Shown in pieces: positions 8,487 to 18,644 of a DNA stretch of 64,000 nt. Made by a program: the position numbers and the translations under genes. The notes under the pieces were generated by a model, which did not search any database, was not told the origin of the DNA, and saw nothing but the letters and a program-made list of their open reading frames with translations. The DNA comes from an uncultured Candidatus Saccharibacteria bacterium (GTDB taxonomy: Bacteria; Patescibacteriota; Minisyncoccia; Phycocordibacterales; CALRHW01), in NCBI GenBank assembly GCA_964407105.1, contig CAYOUG010000003.1, positions 8,393 through 72,392 of the forward strand, given 5' to 3'. Position 1 is the first letter of the stretch. The number at the start of each line of letters is the position of its first letter.

Positions 8487-9776
8487 TTATAGCATGGTGC
8501 GTCGACGAAGTGTGCGGTGAAATGATATTGCAAAACGATGAGCTTCATTGTTGACAAGTAACGCTTCTGGCTGATGTTTTTCAATAATTTCTCTATCCCC
8601 CATTAAATCTCTAGGTTTGTGTTTTTCGTCTTTTACTACAGAAATTACATCTATATTTAAACCATGTTTTTGTAACACCACTTGAGCGGCGTTTATTTGC
8701 GCCCGCCCTCCGTCTACTACTATAAGTTGTGGGAATGGCCATTCTGTGTGTTTTAGCCGACGATCTATGATTTCTTTGAGAGCAGAAATGTCGTTTATGC
8801 CGGGGTTTATTTTTATTTTAAATTTTCTATATTCTTGCTTTATCATTTCTCCATCTTCCATCACCGTCATAACACCCACCACATTTGTACCCGCAAGATG
8901 AGCTACGTCATAAGCTTCAATACGAAACATTTTTTTATTTTCTTTGTTATTTACATTTCGCAACATTTCTCCACCCACAGATTCACCCATTTCTATTCCC
9001 CGCTTTAACAACGCAATATCTTGAATATGGTTGAGTGCAAAAATTGTTTTTTTTATTTCTGAAGCCTTTTCAAATTCGTGTTTTTTTGCACTTAAATTCA
9101 TTTGAATTTTAAGATTTTTTAGTACTTCTTTTTTCTTTCCTTCAAAAAAAAGTTTCAAGTTTTTTATAGTCTCTGCATATTCATTTTTGTCTATCTCACC
9201 GGTACAGACTCCCGGACACAAACCAATCTGTCTGTTGAAACACGGTTTTGGTGTTTTGCCTTTTTTAATTTGTTCAGAAGACGGCACACATTTTTTATCA
9301 GAAAAAGGAAAAATTTTACGAATAATCACCACAGCTTCTTTGAGTTGCGTGCCGTGTGGGAAAGGTCCAAAAATATATTTAATATTGTCTTTTGGAAAGG
9401 TTGCGTACATTGTTCTACCACGCATTACAAGTATTTTTGGAAAAAAATCGTTCGTAAAAATAACGTAATTGTAACTTTTATTATCTTTTTCTTTTGAATT
9501 GTATATTGGTTGGTGTTTTTTAATGAGATTTGCTTCAAGTATAAGTGCCTCAAGTACAGAATCTGTTGCTATAAAATCTACCTTTGTATATTCTGTGAGC
9601 ATTTTATAAATAAGTGGCCCACGAGTTTGCATAATGTCATTTGAAAAATAACTACGCACCCTGTCGCGAAGTGATGTGGCTTTTCCTACATACAAAATAT
9701 CTCCCGCTTTATTTTTAAAAAAATAAACGCCGGGTGTTGTAGGAAGTTTTGAAATAATATTTTTTGTATTATTCAT
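8487..9776 (-). CDS. uvrC: Excinuclease ABC subunit C (short form, no C-terminal HhH)
   Basis: GIY-YIG (PGVYFF..LYVGKA..LRDRVRSY), Cys cluster, UVR domain and RNase H-like EAYDVAH / VVDGGRAQ. Confidence 0.9.
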   Translation of the reverse strand: MNNTKNIISKLPTTPGVYFFKNKAGDILYVGKATSLRDRVRSYFSNDIMQTRGPLIYKMLTEYTKVDFIATDSVLEALILEANLIKKHQPIYNSKEKDNKSYNYVIFTNDFFPKILVMRGRTMYATFPKDNIKYIFGPFPHGTQLKEAVVIIRKIFPFSDKKCVPSSEQIKKGKTPKPCFNRQIGLCPGVCTGEIDKNEYAETIKNLKLFFEGKKKEVLKNLKIQMNLSAKKHEFEKASEIKKTIFALNHIQDIALLKRGIEMGESVGGEMLRNVNNKENKKMFRIEAYDVAHLAGTNVVGVMTVMEDGEMIKQEYRKFKIKINPGINDISALKEIIDRRLKHTEWPFPQLIVVDGGRAQINAAQVVLQKHGLNIDVISVVKDEKHKPRDLMGDREIIEKHQPEALLVNNEAHRFAISFHRTLRRRTML

Positions 9777-9807
9777 TTAATTTAATCGCACAATATGGAT
9801 GCTTTTT

Positions 9808-12420
9808 TTAACCCCTTTTTAGAGATTTTTTTAAGTATGCGCCAGTATATGATTTTGGATTGTTTGCTACCTCTTCCGGAGTTCCTTTTGCCACTATTTT
9901 TCCACCACCCTCTCCACCTTCTGGTCCAATATCAATAACAAAATCTGTGCTTTTTATAATATCTATGTTGTGCTCAATCACCATTACAGTGTTGCCTTTA
10001 TCCACAAGTTTTTGCAAAATTTCAATAAGTTTTTTTACGTCTTCATAATGAAGACCAATAGTGGGTTCATCAAGTAAATAAATTGTTTTTTGCACGTGTG
10101 GTCTGTAAAGTTCTGAAGAAATTTTTACACGTTGGGCTTCTCCGCCAGAAAGTGTTGTAGCTGATTGACCAAGCTCAAGATACCCAAGCCCCACCTCGTC
10201 CATTGTTTTTAATCGATCATAAATTGCTGGAATATCTTCAAAAAAAGAAAGTGCTTCTTCAACTGTCATTTTTAACACATCATAAATACTTTTCTTTTTA
10301 TATTTAACTTCAAGGGTTTCTTTCATAAAACGTTTACCATTACATACATCACACGGTACATATACAGTAGGCAAAAAATGCATTTCAACCTCAATCATTC
10401 CATTACCCTGACACGTCTCACAACGTCCACCTTTTACATTAAATGAAAAACGATTTGCTCTCCAACCACGCGCACGAGCTTCGGCAGACTCTGCAAATAA
10501 ATCACGAATAAATGTAAAAGCACCTGTATATGTGGCTGGGTTTGATCGTGGTGTGCGACCGATTGGCGATTGATCTATTAAAATTGCACGCCCAAGATAT
10601 TCGGTGCCAGTAAATGAACCGCAATTAAAAATTTCAGCTGAACGATAGCGTCGATCAAAACGCGCTTGAAGATTTTTATGTATGATCTCGTACATAAAAG
10701 TTGATTTTCCAGAACCCGAAACACCTGTGATGCCTATAAAACGACCAAGCGGAATATCAATGTTTAGATTTTTTATATTAAAAATATTTCCACCACGAAT
10801 CTGTAGTTCTCCCTTTGGTGATTCTCGACGCTCATCTGGTGTAGCGATAATTTTGTCACCACGTAAATAATCCAACGTCACCGAGCCACTATCATTTTTC
10901 TTTGCAGTAAGAAGTTTTTCAAGATATCCAGAAACCACCACATTTCCACCATGCACACCAGCTCCAGGGCCAATATCAACGATATAATCAGAAGAATAGA
11001 TAGTGTCCTCGTCATGTTCAACCACGATTATTGTATTTCCTAAATCACGAAGATTTAGCAAAGTTTTAATTAATCTATCATTGTCTCTAGAATGTAGACC
11101 AATGGTGGGCTCATCAAGCACATACAGAGCGCCCACAAGACCCGAGCCGAGCTGAGACGCAAGACGGATACGTTGCGCTTCTCCGCCAGAAAGCGTATGT
11201 GCACGTCGACTCAAACTCAAATATTCTATTCCCACATTAATCATAAACTGTAAACGAGATTCAATTTCTTTTATTACAACCTTTGAAATACTTTTTTCTC
11301 TGTTGGTGAGTTTTAATTTTTTTATAAAAGCATCAGCATCATTAATTGAAAGTGATGTCAGATCAACAATATTTTTACCACCAATAAGTACGTGTAGTGC
11401 TTCCTCACGAAGACGAGCACCATTACATTTTGGACACGCCTCACTACCAAAAAAATGTCTCGTACCAAGACCATTACATTCAGTACATGCGCCATATGGA
11501 GAATTAAAAGAAAAAAGACGTGGCTCTATTTCTGGATAAGAATATCCATCGCGTGGACAAGAAAATTTTGATGACATCACAAATTCTTCACGAACAGAAG
11601 AGTCTTCTGTTTTTGACATATCGTGAAAAATAATTTTTACAAGACCGTCAGATTCTTCTAATGCTTTTTCAAGACTTTCACTTAAACGCTCGTTTGCATC
11701 TTTTGTGTTATTTTTAAAATCTGCAACATTGATCTGATCCACCATTACATCAATGTTGTGTTTTTTGTTTTTTGAAAGCACAATTTGTTCACGAAGTTTT
11801 TTTCTTTCTCCATCAACAAGCACTTCAGCGTATCCTTTTCCCAAAAGATCATATAAAAGCTGATAGTATTCACCTTTTCTACCACGCACAAGTGGAGAAA
11901 AAATTTCTGCGTATACTGGAAGGCCAAGTTTTTTACCAACAAGCTCTTTTTGTTTTATATCAATACGCTCAAGAATAAAATTTTTTATTTCCTCATTTGA
12001 AAGACGTTGAATTTCATTACCACACACAAGACAGTGTGGATGACCAATACGTGAATACAAAATACGCAAATAATCATAAATTTCGGTAATTGTCGCCACT
12101 GTTGAACGTGGGTTTGATGATCGAGATTTTTGATCAATAGAAATTGCTGGTGAAAGACCCACGATTTCATCTACATCAGGTTTTTGCATTTGTCGCAAAA
12201 ACTGTCTTGCATACGAAGAAAGAGACTCTACATAGCGTCTTTGTCCTTCTGCAAAAATAGTGTCGAAAGCAAGAGAAGATTTACCAGAACCAGACAAGCC
12301 TGTAAAAACCGTCATTGTATTACGGGGAATTTCAACAGTAATATCTTTGAGGTTGTGAGTACGAGCACCACGCACAATGATACTACCGTTTGTATTTTTT
12401 TGTTCTTTTTCTGATGCCAT
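9808..12420 (-). CDS. uvrA: Excinuclease ABC subunit A
   Basis: Two ABC cassettes (GLSGSGKSS, GVSGSGKST, two LSGGEAQR) and Zn fingers. Confidence 0.97.
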   Translation of the reverse strand: MASEKEQKNTNGSIIVRGARTHNLKDITVEIPRNTMTVFTGLSGSGKSSLAFDTIFAEGQRRYVESLSSYARQFLRQMQKPDVDEIVGLSPAISIDQKSRSSNPRSTVATITEIYDYLRILYSRIGHPHCLVCGNEIQRLSNEEIKNFILERIDIKQKELVGKKLGLPVYAEIFSPLVRGRKGEYYQLLYDLLGKGYAEVLVDGERKKLREQIVLSKNKKHNIDVMVDQINVADFKNNTKDANERLSESLEKALEESDGLVKIIFHDMSKTEDSSVREEFVMSSKFSCPRDGYSYPEIEPRLFSFNSPYGACTECNGLGTRHFFGSEACPKCNGARLREEALHVLIGGKNIVDLTSLSINDADAFIKKLKLTNREKSISKVVIKEIESRLQFMINVGIEYLSLSRRAHTLSGGEAQRIRLASQLGSGLVGALYVLDEPTIGLHSRDNDRLIKTLLNLRDLGNTIIVVEHDEDTIYSSDYIVDIGPGAGVHGGNVVVSGYLEKLLTAKKNDSGSVTLDYLRGDKIIATPDERRESPKGELQIRGGNIFNIKNLNIDIPLGRFIGITGVSGSGKSTFMYEIIHKNLQARFDRRYRSAEIFNCGSFTGTEYLGRAILIDQSPIGRTPRSNPATYTGAFTFIRDLFAESAEARARGWRANRFSFNVKGGRCETCQGNGMIEVEMHFLPTVYVPCDVCNGKRFMKETLEVKYKKKSIYDVLKMTVEEALSFFEDIPAIYDRLKTMDEVGLGYLELGQSATTLSGGEAQRVKISSELYRPHVQKTIYLLDEPTIGLHYEDVKKLIEILQKLVDKGNTVMVIEHNIDIIKSTDFVIDIGPEGGEGGGKIVAKGTPEEVANNPKSYTGAYLKKSLKRG

Positions 12421-12539
12421 ATATGCGCGACAGCCCTCAAGCGCGGGCTTAAGGGTTATATAAAGACACGATGAACTATATCAGGTTGTAGACTATGACA
12501 CAAGAAAACATTTCAAAAAGTTTCTTTGCCAACTTTTTA

Positions 12540-12944
12540 CTAGCTATGAGCTTTTAATACAGATTCTATTTCATCTACCATTGTACTGAGATTCATTTCA
12601 GTTTTCACATAATAACGTTCTGCGCCAAGCGCCTTACCTTTATCTATATAACTTTTCTCATCCATATTTGAAAATATAATCACTGGAATATGCCGAAGAG
12701 ACTCTATTGCTTTTATTTTTTCCAATACAGAAAAACCGTCCATACCAGGCAAAAGTACGTCAAGAATAAGCATATCTGGCATTTCTTTTTCAATAATTCT
12801 GACAGCTTCTTCACCGGTAGGAATATAAACTAAGGTACAACCGCGTTCTGAAAGTTTTTTAACAATTAAACTACCGAAAAATTCATCGTCTTCCACCCAC
12901 ATGATTTTCTTTCCGACAAAATATTTACTGTGTAAGTTGTGCAT
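12540..12944 (-). CDS. Single-domain response regulator (REC only)
   Basis: VEDD...LILDVLLPGMDG...IFSN...YYVK. Confidence 0.9.
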   Translation of the reverse strand: MHNLHSKYFVGKKIMWVEDDEFFGSLIVKKLSERGCTLVYIPTGEEAVRIIEKEMPDMLILDVLLPGMDGFSVLEKIKAIESLRHIPVIIFSNMDEKSYIDKGKALGAERYYVKTEMNLSTMVDEIESVLKAHS

Positions 12945-12956
12945 ACCGATAATGAA

Positions 12957-13739
12957 TTATTTCTTTGCCGTCTCTTCCAACACCTTGCTAATTTCTTTTA
13001 TTAAATCATCAAGCACAATTGTAGCTTTTACGAGAAAACGAGCGGCACCTAGCTGTTTACCGCGATCTATCTGACTCTGTTGTGAAAAATTGGAAAGTAT
13101 AATTACTGGAATATTTTTAAGACGATCAACCGTTTTCATATGATCGTAAACATCAAAACCATTGATACCTGGAAGAAGAATGTCCAAAAGAATTATATCT
13201 GGAGTTTCTGTTTCAAGTATTCTAAGCGCGTCTTCACCGGTGCCAGCAAACATGAGTTTACATCCTTGTTTTGAAAGTTTTCTAGAAATAAGGTCACTTA
13301 AAAATTGATCGTCTTCAATCCACATCACCTTTTTACCTTCAAGTGCACCACCATTTTGTGAAGAAATGTTGTTTTTTGACAAATGTGCGTTTATTTTTAT
13401 CATTAAATCTTCAAGATTGAGTTGAGCTTTTACTAAATAATCTTTTACACCAAGATCTACTGCTCGTCTTATTTGATTTAAATCACCCGAAGGAGAAATG
13501 ATAATAAGTGGAATAGAAGCTATCGCGGGTATATCACCCTTATCATCTAAAATTTTATAAGGATCAGCACTTACAAGATCCATATCAAGTAAAACAAGGT
13601 CTGGCTTATAGAGTTTCATTTGCTCCGTAGCAACAGCCCCGTTATTTATCATAAGGGTTTGATGATTATCCTTTTTTATTCTTTGATTGATTAGATCTCC
13701 CAAAAAAACGTCTTGTTCGATAATGAGAATTTTAGCCAT
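12957..13739 (-). CDS. Tandem double-REC response regulator with no output domain
   Basis: Two receiver domains (IIEQD...DLVLLD and WIEDD...ILLDILLPGING). Confidence 0.88.
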   Translation of the reverse strand: MAKILIIEQDVFLGDLINQRIKKDNHQTLMINNGAVATEQMKLYKPDLVLLDMDLVSADPYKILDDKGDIPAIASIPLIIISPSGDLNQIRRAVDLGVKDYLVKAQLNLEDLMIKINAHLSKNNISSQNGGALEGKKVMWIEDDQFLSDLISRKLSKQGCKLMFAGTGEDALRILETETPDIILLDILLPGINGFDVYDHMKTVDRLKNIPVIILSNFSQQSQIDRGKQLGAARFLVKATIVLDDLIKEISKVLEETAKK

Positions 13740-13769
13740 AGTATATGTTTACATTTTATAATAATCAGA

Positions 13770-15197
13770 CTAGTGATGCAATGGAACTGTAAACGTGAAC
13801 GTTGCACCTTTATTATCTCCACTCTTAAATTCAATCTCACCACCGTGACGTTGAATAATTGAACGAACAATAAAGAGACCGAGTCCCGAACCGTCTGGAT
13901 CTCGCTTCATCGCATTTTCAGCTCGGAAAAAACGCTTAAAAATATCTTGGTGTTGTGCATCAGGAATACCAATACCATTGTCTGAAATCACCACCTTTAT
14001 ATTTTCCCCTTCTTTTTTCAAACTTATATTAATTTCATCGGTCGTATATTTTACAGCGTTTTCAATAAGATTTTGAAAAACGGCGCGCATTTTTTGTGGA
14101 TCCACAGATACTTTTGGTATATCTGGTTCCACATTTAAATCAATACGTATGTGCCGACGTTCAATTTGAGATTGAAATTCGGCCACAATGTTATTAACCA
14201 AATCAGAAATACTAATTTCAAAAAACGATAAACCTGTGCCAGACTCAAGTCTGTCGACACCAAGCATATCACGAATAAGATTGATAATGCGTTCGTTACT
14301 TTCATAAGCTTTCATAACCAAAGCTTTTTGTTCGCTATTTAAAGAACCAGCATCTTCTTTGAGTAAAATATCAAGTGTCCATTTTATAGCAGAAAGAGGT
14401 GTACGAAGTTGGTGAGCCACAGTAGACACGAACTCTGATTTTTCTTTATCGAGAGCAGTGATTTTTTGATTTTCTTTACGAAGTTCAAGGTCACGACGTA
14501 CAAGCATGCGTGCATAACCACTGTATTCATTATTGAGTAAACGCAAACGTTCAGCTTGAAATTGCGCGCGATGTTTACCCTCAACAAGCTGACCTTCTCT
14601 ACGTTTGATTACAGAAGTAAGATAACCAGCCAGTGAACCCACAATAAAATACACTGAGGTATATGTCACCGTAGACATAAGACGCAAAATAAATTCGTCG
14701 TAACTTACAAATCCATTACCCGTATAGCCGAAAACGTGTTTTAGATATCCAGCGTAATCCAAAAGAAGTATTCCGTTTACAAACACAGCAGACACAAGGG
14801 CAACAGAAAGTGATCCAAGAACATCAAAAAGTACAATAGAAGTAACAATTGGAATAAAAAAGAAAACCGGAGAAACACTTTGATCACCTCCAGAAAAATG
14901 CAAAATAATTAAAAAGAACAGAAGTTCTGAAAATACTTGCCCAATAGCAATTTTATTGATCAAACGATCATCATTTTTTAACTCGATTCTACGAACCATC
15001 ACCCAAAACCATAAATTTACAAGAACAAAAGAGAAAAACAAAAACATCATCAACGGCACTGGGAAAAAGTTGTTCCCCAACGGATCAAGCTTTAAAACAA
15101 GCCCAATAAAAAATATTGCTGGAGCATAAAACCATCTAGCAGTAACTAGCCACTTGTTTGCCTCAAATTTATTATTATGTGTGAGACGTATAAGCAC
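13770..15197 (-). CDS. Multi-TM sensor histidine kinase
   Basis: 5-6 TM N-terminus, H-box VAHQLRTP, NLIENAVKY, DNGIGI, GSGLGLF; start uncertain (GTG). Confidence 0.9.
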   Translation of the reverse strand: MLIRLTHNNKFEANKWLVTARWFYAPAIFFIGLVLKLDPLGNNFFPVPLMMFLFFSFVLVNLWFWVMVRRIELKNDDRLINKIAIGQVFSELLFFLIILHFSGGDQSVSPVFFFIPIVTSIVLFDVLGSLSVALVSAVFVNGILLLDYAGYLKHVFGYTGNGFVSYDEFILRLMSTVTYTSVYFIVGSLAGYLTSVIKRREGQLVEGKHRAQFQAERLRLLNNEYSGYARMLVRRDLELRKENQKITALDKEKSEFVSTVAHQLRTPLSAIKWTLDILLKEDAGSLNSEQKALVMKAYESNERIINLIRDMLGVDRLESGTGLSFFEISISDLVNNIVAEFQSQIERRHIRIDLNVEPDIPKVSVDPQKMRAVFQNLIENAVKYTTDEINISLKKEGENIKVVISDNGIGIPDAQHQDIFKRFFRAENAMKRDPDGSGLGLFIVRSIIQRHGGEIEFKSGDNKGATFTFTVPLHH

Positions 15198-15278
15198 AGT
15201 ACAAAAAATCTATTATTTATATAGGAAATTGTACCATGCGACATCACAACGAAGTGAAAAAATTTGTGGATAAGAAGA

Positions 15279-17318
15279 CTATACTTTTTTATTTAATTGT
15301 TTTTCAAGTTTTATTTGAAGTTCACGAATTTCATCACGTAAAATAGCCGCTGTTTCAAAATCAAGAATTTTTACAGCACCCTCCATTTGTTTTTCTTTTT
15401 GTGAAATTAATTTTTTAGGATTTTTTTCAAAAAGTTGTTTATCTACTTCTAAAAGTGCGCTCACTGTTTTTTGATGCTCACTGCGTAAATGTTCTGTAAT
15501 ATCTTGAATTTTTTTAACAATTGTTTTTGGTGTAATATTGTATTTTTTATTATATGCAATCTGAATTGCGCGACGACGGGCGGTTTCACTTATGGCGTAT
15601 TGCATTGCTGGTGTAACACTGTCGGCATAAAGTATTACGCGACCATTTATATTACGTGCCGCGCGTCCAATAATTTGCACAAGTGATGTTTCAGAACGCA
15701 AAAATCCTGCTTTATCAGAATCCAAAATACCAATAAAAGATAATTCTGGTAGATCAAGCCCTTCTCGAAGTAAATTTACACCAACAAGCACATCAAATGT
15801 GCCCTTACGAAATTCAGTTAAAATTTCAATACGTTCAAGTGTTTTTATATCACTATGTAAATATGTTGACTTGATACCTCGTCCCTTTAAATATTCACTT
15901 AAATCTTCCGCCATTTTTTTGGTAAGAGTTGTGGCTATAGCACGCTCACCATTTTTAATAACTTTTTCTGCTTCAGAAATAAAGTCAAAAATCTGCCCCT
16001 TATAATTACCTTTTTCTATTACAGGTCGCACCAAAACCTCTGGGTCAATGAGGCCTGTAGGACGTATCACTTGTTCTACCACTTTTTTACTATTTTCTTT
16101 TTCATAAACACCCGGTGTTGCTGATGTATAAATTACTTGTCCAACACGCTTTGTAAATTCATCAAATGTTAAGGGTCGATTATCCTTTGCTGAAGGCAAA
16201 CGAAAACCATAATCCACAAGCATTTCTTTTCGGGATCGATCACCAGCATACATTCCACGTATCTGTGGCACAGTCACGTGTGATTCATCAATAATTGTTA
16301 AAAAATCTGGTGTTCCGTCAGTTTTGTGAGGAAAATATGAAAGAAGAGATTCTGGCGGTTCACCCTCGTTTTTCCCCGCAAAATGACGAGAATAATTTTC
16401 AATACCATTGCAATAACCTATCTCGCGAATAAGTGCAAGATCATATGAGGTACGACGCTTTAAACGTTCCGCTTCAAGATTTTTTCCTTGTTTTTTTAAT
16501 TCTTCAAGACGCACATCAAGCTCTTTTTTAATTAATTTAAATGCACGTTTTACTTGATCATCTTCTGTAATAAAATGCTTTGCGGGAAACAAAAAGAATA
16601 CTTCAACGTCTTCCACAATACGTCGTGTGGTAGCATCAATTTTTTGAATCTTTGAAACCTCTCCACCCTCAATATCTACTTTAAAAATAATTTTTTCTGA
16701 AACTGGCATTATTTCAAGAGAATTACCAAGTGCACGAAATTGACCTGGAGAAAGATCGGCTGGTGTACGCTCAAAATGCAAATCTATAAGTTTGCGTATA
16801 ATTTCAGTACGAGATATTTTAATTCCCTTTCCGATACGCATATTTACCTTTTCATATTCCACAGGACTACCAAGATTGTAAATACAAGAAACAGAAGCAA
16901 CAATAATTACATCATCACGCGTCAAAAGCGCTTGTGTAGAAGCATGGCGCAAACGATCAATTTCTTCATTGATCTGTGCTTCTTTCTCTATATATGTATC
17001 AGTCACGGGCATGTACGCTTCTGGCTGATAATAATCGTAATAAGAAACAAAATAGTGTACAGCGTTATTTGGAAAAAACTCTCGATATTCTTGAGCAAGT
17101 TGTGCGGCAAGTGTTTTGTTGTGCGCAATCACAAGAGTTGGTTTGCCTATTTGCGCAATAACATTTGCCATAGTAAATGTTTTTCCAGAACCAGTAACGC
17201 CCAAAAGAGTTTGGTGGTCCAAACCTTTTTTCACACCAGAAACAAGCTCTTCAATAGCTTTTGGCTGATCGCCCGCCGGTTTGAATTCGTTATTGATTTG
17301 AAATAGTGGTTTCGCCAT
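15279..17318 (-). CDS. uvrB: Excinuclease ABC subunit B
   Basis: GDQP, GVTGSGKT, YYDYYQPEAY, IIDESH and C-terminal UVR domain; start at MAKPLF, overlapping the end of tgt. Confidence 0.97.
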   Translation of the reverse strand: MAKPLFQINNEFKPAGDQPKAIEELVSGVKKGLDHQTLLGVTGSGKTFTMANVIAQIGKPTLVIAHNKTLAAQLAQEYREFFPNNAVHYFVSYYDYYQPEAYMPVTDTYIEKEAQINEEIDRLRHASTQALLTRDDVIIVASVSCIYNLGSPVEYEKVNMRIGKGIKISRTEIIRKLIDLHFERTPADLSPGQFRALGNSLEIMPVSEKIIFKVDIEGGEVSKIQKIDATTRRIVEDVEVFFLFPAKHFITEDDQVKRAFKLIKKELDVRLEELKKQGKNLEAERLKRRTSYDLALIREIGYCNGIENYSRHFAGKNEGEPPESLLSYFPHKTDGTPDFLTIIDESHVTVPQIRGMYAGDRSRKEMLVDYGFRLPSAKDNRPLTFDEFTKRVGQVIYTSATPGVYEKENSKKVVEQVIRPTGLIDPEVLVRPVIEKGNYKGQIFDFISEAEKVIKNGERAIATTLTKKMAEDLSEYLKGRGIKSTYLHSDIKTLERIEILTEFRKGTFDVLVGVNLLREGLDLPELSFIGILDSDKAGFLRSETSLVQIIGRAARNINGRVILYADSVTPAMQYAISETARRRAIQIAYNKKYNITPKTIVKKIQDITEHLRSEHQKTVSALLEVDKQLFEKNPKKLISQKEKQMEGAVKILDFETAAILRDEIRELQIKLEKQLNKKV

Positions 17319-18522
17319 AATGGTACGCACGTAAAAATGCATTTTTAAAATCTTCAAACTGATCATTTAAAATCGCCACACGCATACTGTGAACAAGATT
17401 TATTATAAAATATAAATTATGAATTGAAGCGAGCACTCCCGCAAGCATTTCTTTTGATCGGAAAAGATGTGAAATGTATGCGCATGAATAGTTGGTGCAA
17501 GTATAACATCCACAACCCTCGTCGATTGGAGAAAATTTTTCTATAAACTCTGAATTTGTAAGATGAACCTTTCCTCTTTTTGTATAAACGGTTCCGTTGC
17601 GTCCGTTTCGCGTTGGTGCAACACAATCAAAAAGATCAACACCATTTTCCACCCCCATAAATAGATCTTCGGGCTCACCGATACCAAGCAGGTGACGTGG
17701 TTTTTTTTCTGGTAAAATTTCGTTGACCCACTGCACCGCGGTCGTCATATCTTCTTTTGCAAATGACCCACCAATACCAAAACCATCAAAATCCATCGCT
17801 TTAATAATCTCAGCACTTTCTTTTCTAAGCGTTTCAGAACGACCGCCCTGCACAATACCAAAAAGCGCCTGACGTTCGCTGTTTTCTTTTGATTTATGAT
17901 AATCAACACAGCGCTTGGCCCAACGGTGTGTACGATCTAATGCTTCACGCTGATAATGGTCTGATTCAAGTGGTGATGTGCATTCATCGAACGCAAAAAT
18001 AATATCAGCACCAAGATTGTGTTGAATTTCAATTGATTTTTCTGGGGTGATGTAATGCATTGCTCCATCAAGATGAGATTTAAATGTCACACCGTCGTGA
18101 TCAATGGTCGCAATTTTTGGTTTGTCTGGATCAGGAACAGCTTCAGCAATAAGAAGTTGTGGATCGATTATTTTTGTTACCTTACTAATTCCTTTTCCAT
18201 AAGCTGCGCCAAGAGAAAATACCTGAAAACCCCCAGAATCGGTCATGGTGGGTCCTTGCCAATTCATAAAACCTTGTAATCCTCCAGCTTTTTTTACGAT
18301 GTCATCTCCTGGTTGTAGATACAAATGATATGTGTTTGCAAGCACAACCTGAGCTCCAGCATCACGTACAGAATCTGGTGTAAGCCCTTTTACCGTACCT
18401 TTTGTACCCACAGTAACAAAAGCTGGCGTTTCTATAACGCCATGTGGGGTGGTAAGTAAACCAGCCCTACCAAGCTTTCCTTCAAGCTTTTTCTGAATTT
18501 TGAAATTAATCGGCGAAGCCAT
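17290..18522 (-). CDS. tgt: tRNA-guanine transglycosylase
   Basis: TPHG..ETP, LANTYHL, TDSGGFQVFSL, FDEC, LFGIVQGG, FDCV and Zn site CGCYTC...H. Confidence 0.95.
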   Translation of the reverse strand: MASPINFKIQKKLEGKLGRAGLLTTPHGVIETPAFVTVGTKGTVKGLTPDSVRDAGAQVVLANTYHLYLQPGDDIVKKAGGLQGFMNWQGPTMTDSGGFQVFSLGAAYGKGISKVTKIIDPQLLIAEAVPDPDKPKIATIDHDGVTFKSHLDGAMHYITPEKSIEIQHNLGADIIFAFDECTSPLESDHYQREALDRTHRWAKRCVDYHKSKENSERQALFGIVQGGRSETLRKESAEIIKAMDFDGFGIGGSFAKEDMTTAVQWVNEILPEKKPRHLLGIGEPEDLFMGVENGVDLFDCVAPTRNGRNGTVYTKRGKVHLTNSEFIEKFSPIDEGCGCYTCTNYSCAYISHLFRSKEMLAGVLASIHNLYFIINLVHSMRVAILNDQFEDFKNAFLRAYHYGETTISNQ

Positions 18523-18575
18523 AATAGGGAGACATAATACCACAAAAACATTAACGTGTCATTGCTCGAATAAAC

Positions 18576-18640
18576 AAAATAAAAACAGCCCTGATAAATG
18601 AAAGCGTTTTGCTAACTCATTTACGAGCTGTTTTTATTTT
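18576..18640. terminator. Long hairpin / terminator
   Basis: AAAATAAAAACAGC..TAAATGA..TCATTTA..GCTGTTTTTATTTT directly after the FKBP stop. Confidence 0.7.
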
Positions 18641-18644
18641 ATTT

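Noticed and set aside
12430-12500. Hairpin and possible LexA/SOS box upstream of uvrA
   Set aside because: The hairpin (CCCTCAAGC-GCGG-GCTTAAGGG) is real, but I found no matching motif upstream of uvrB or uvrC, so no regulatory call is supported.
15265-15273. DnaA box TGTGGATAA as part of oriC
   Set aside because: It is isolated, with no box cluster, unwinding element or dnaA/dnaN in the window.
16740-17306. Long antisense ORFs (e.g. 16740-17306, 20410-20883, 48802-49305, 49564-50064, 57419-57865)
   Set aside because: They are shadows of better-supported opposite-strand genes and have no motifs or initiation signals.
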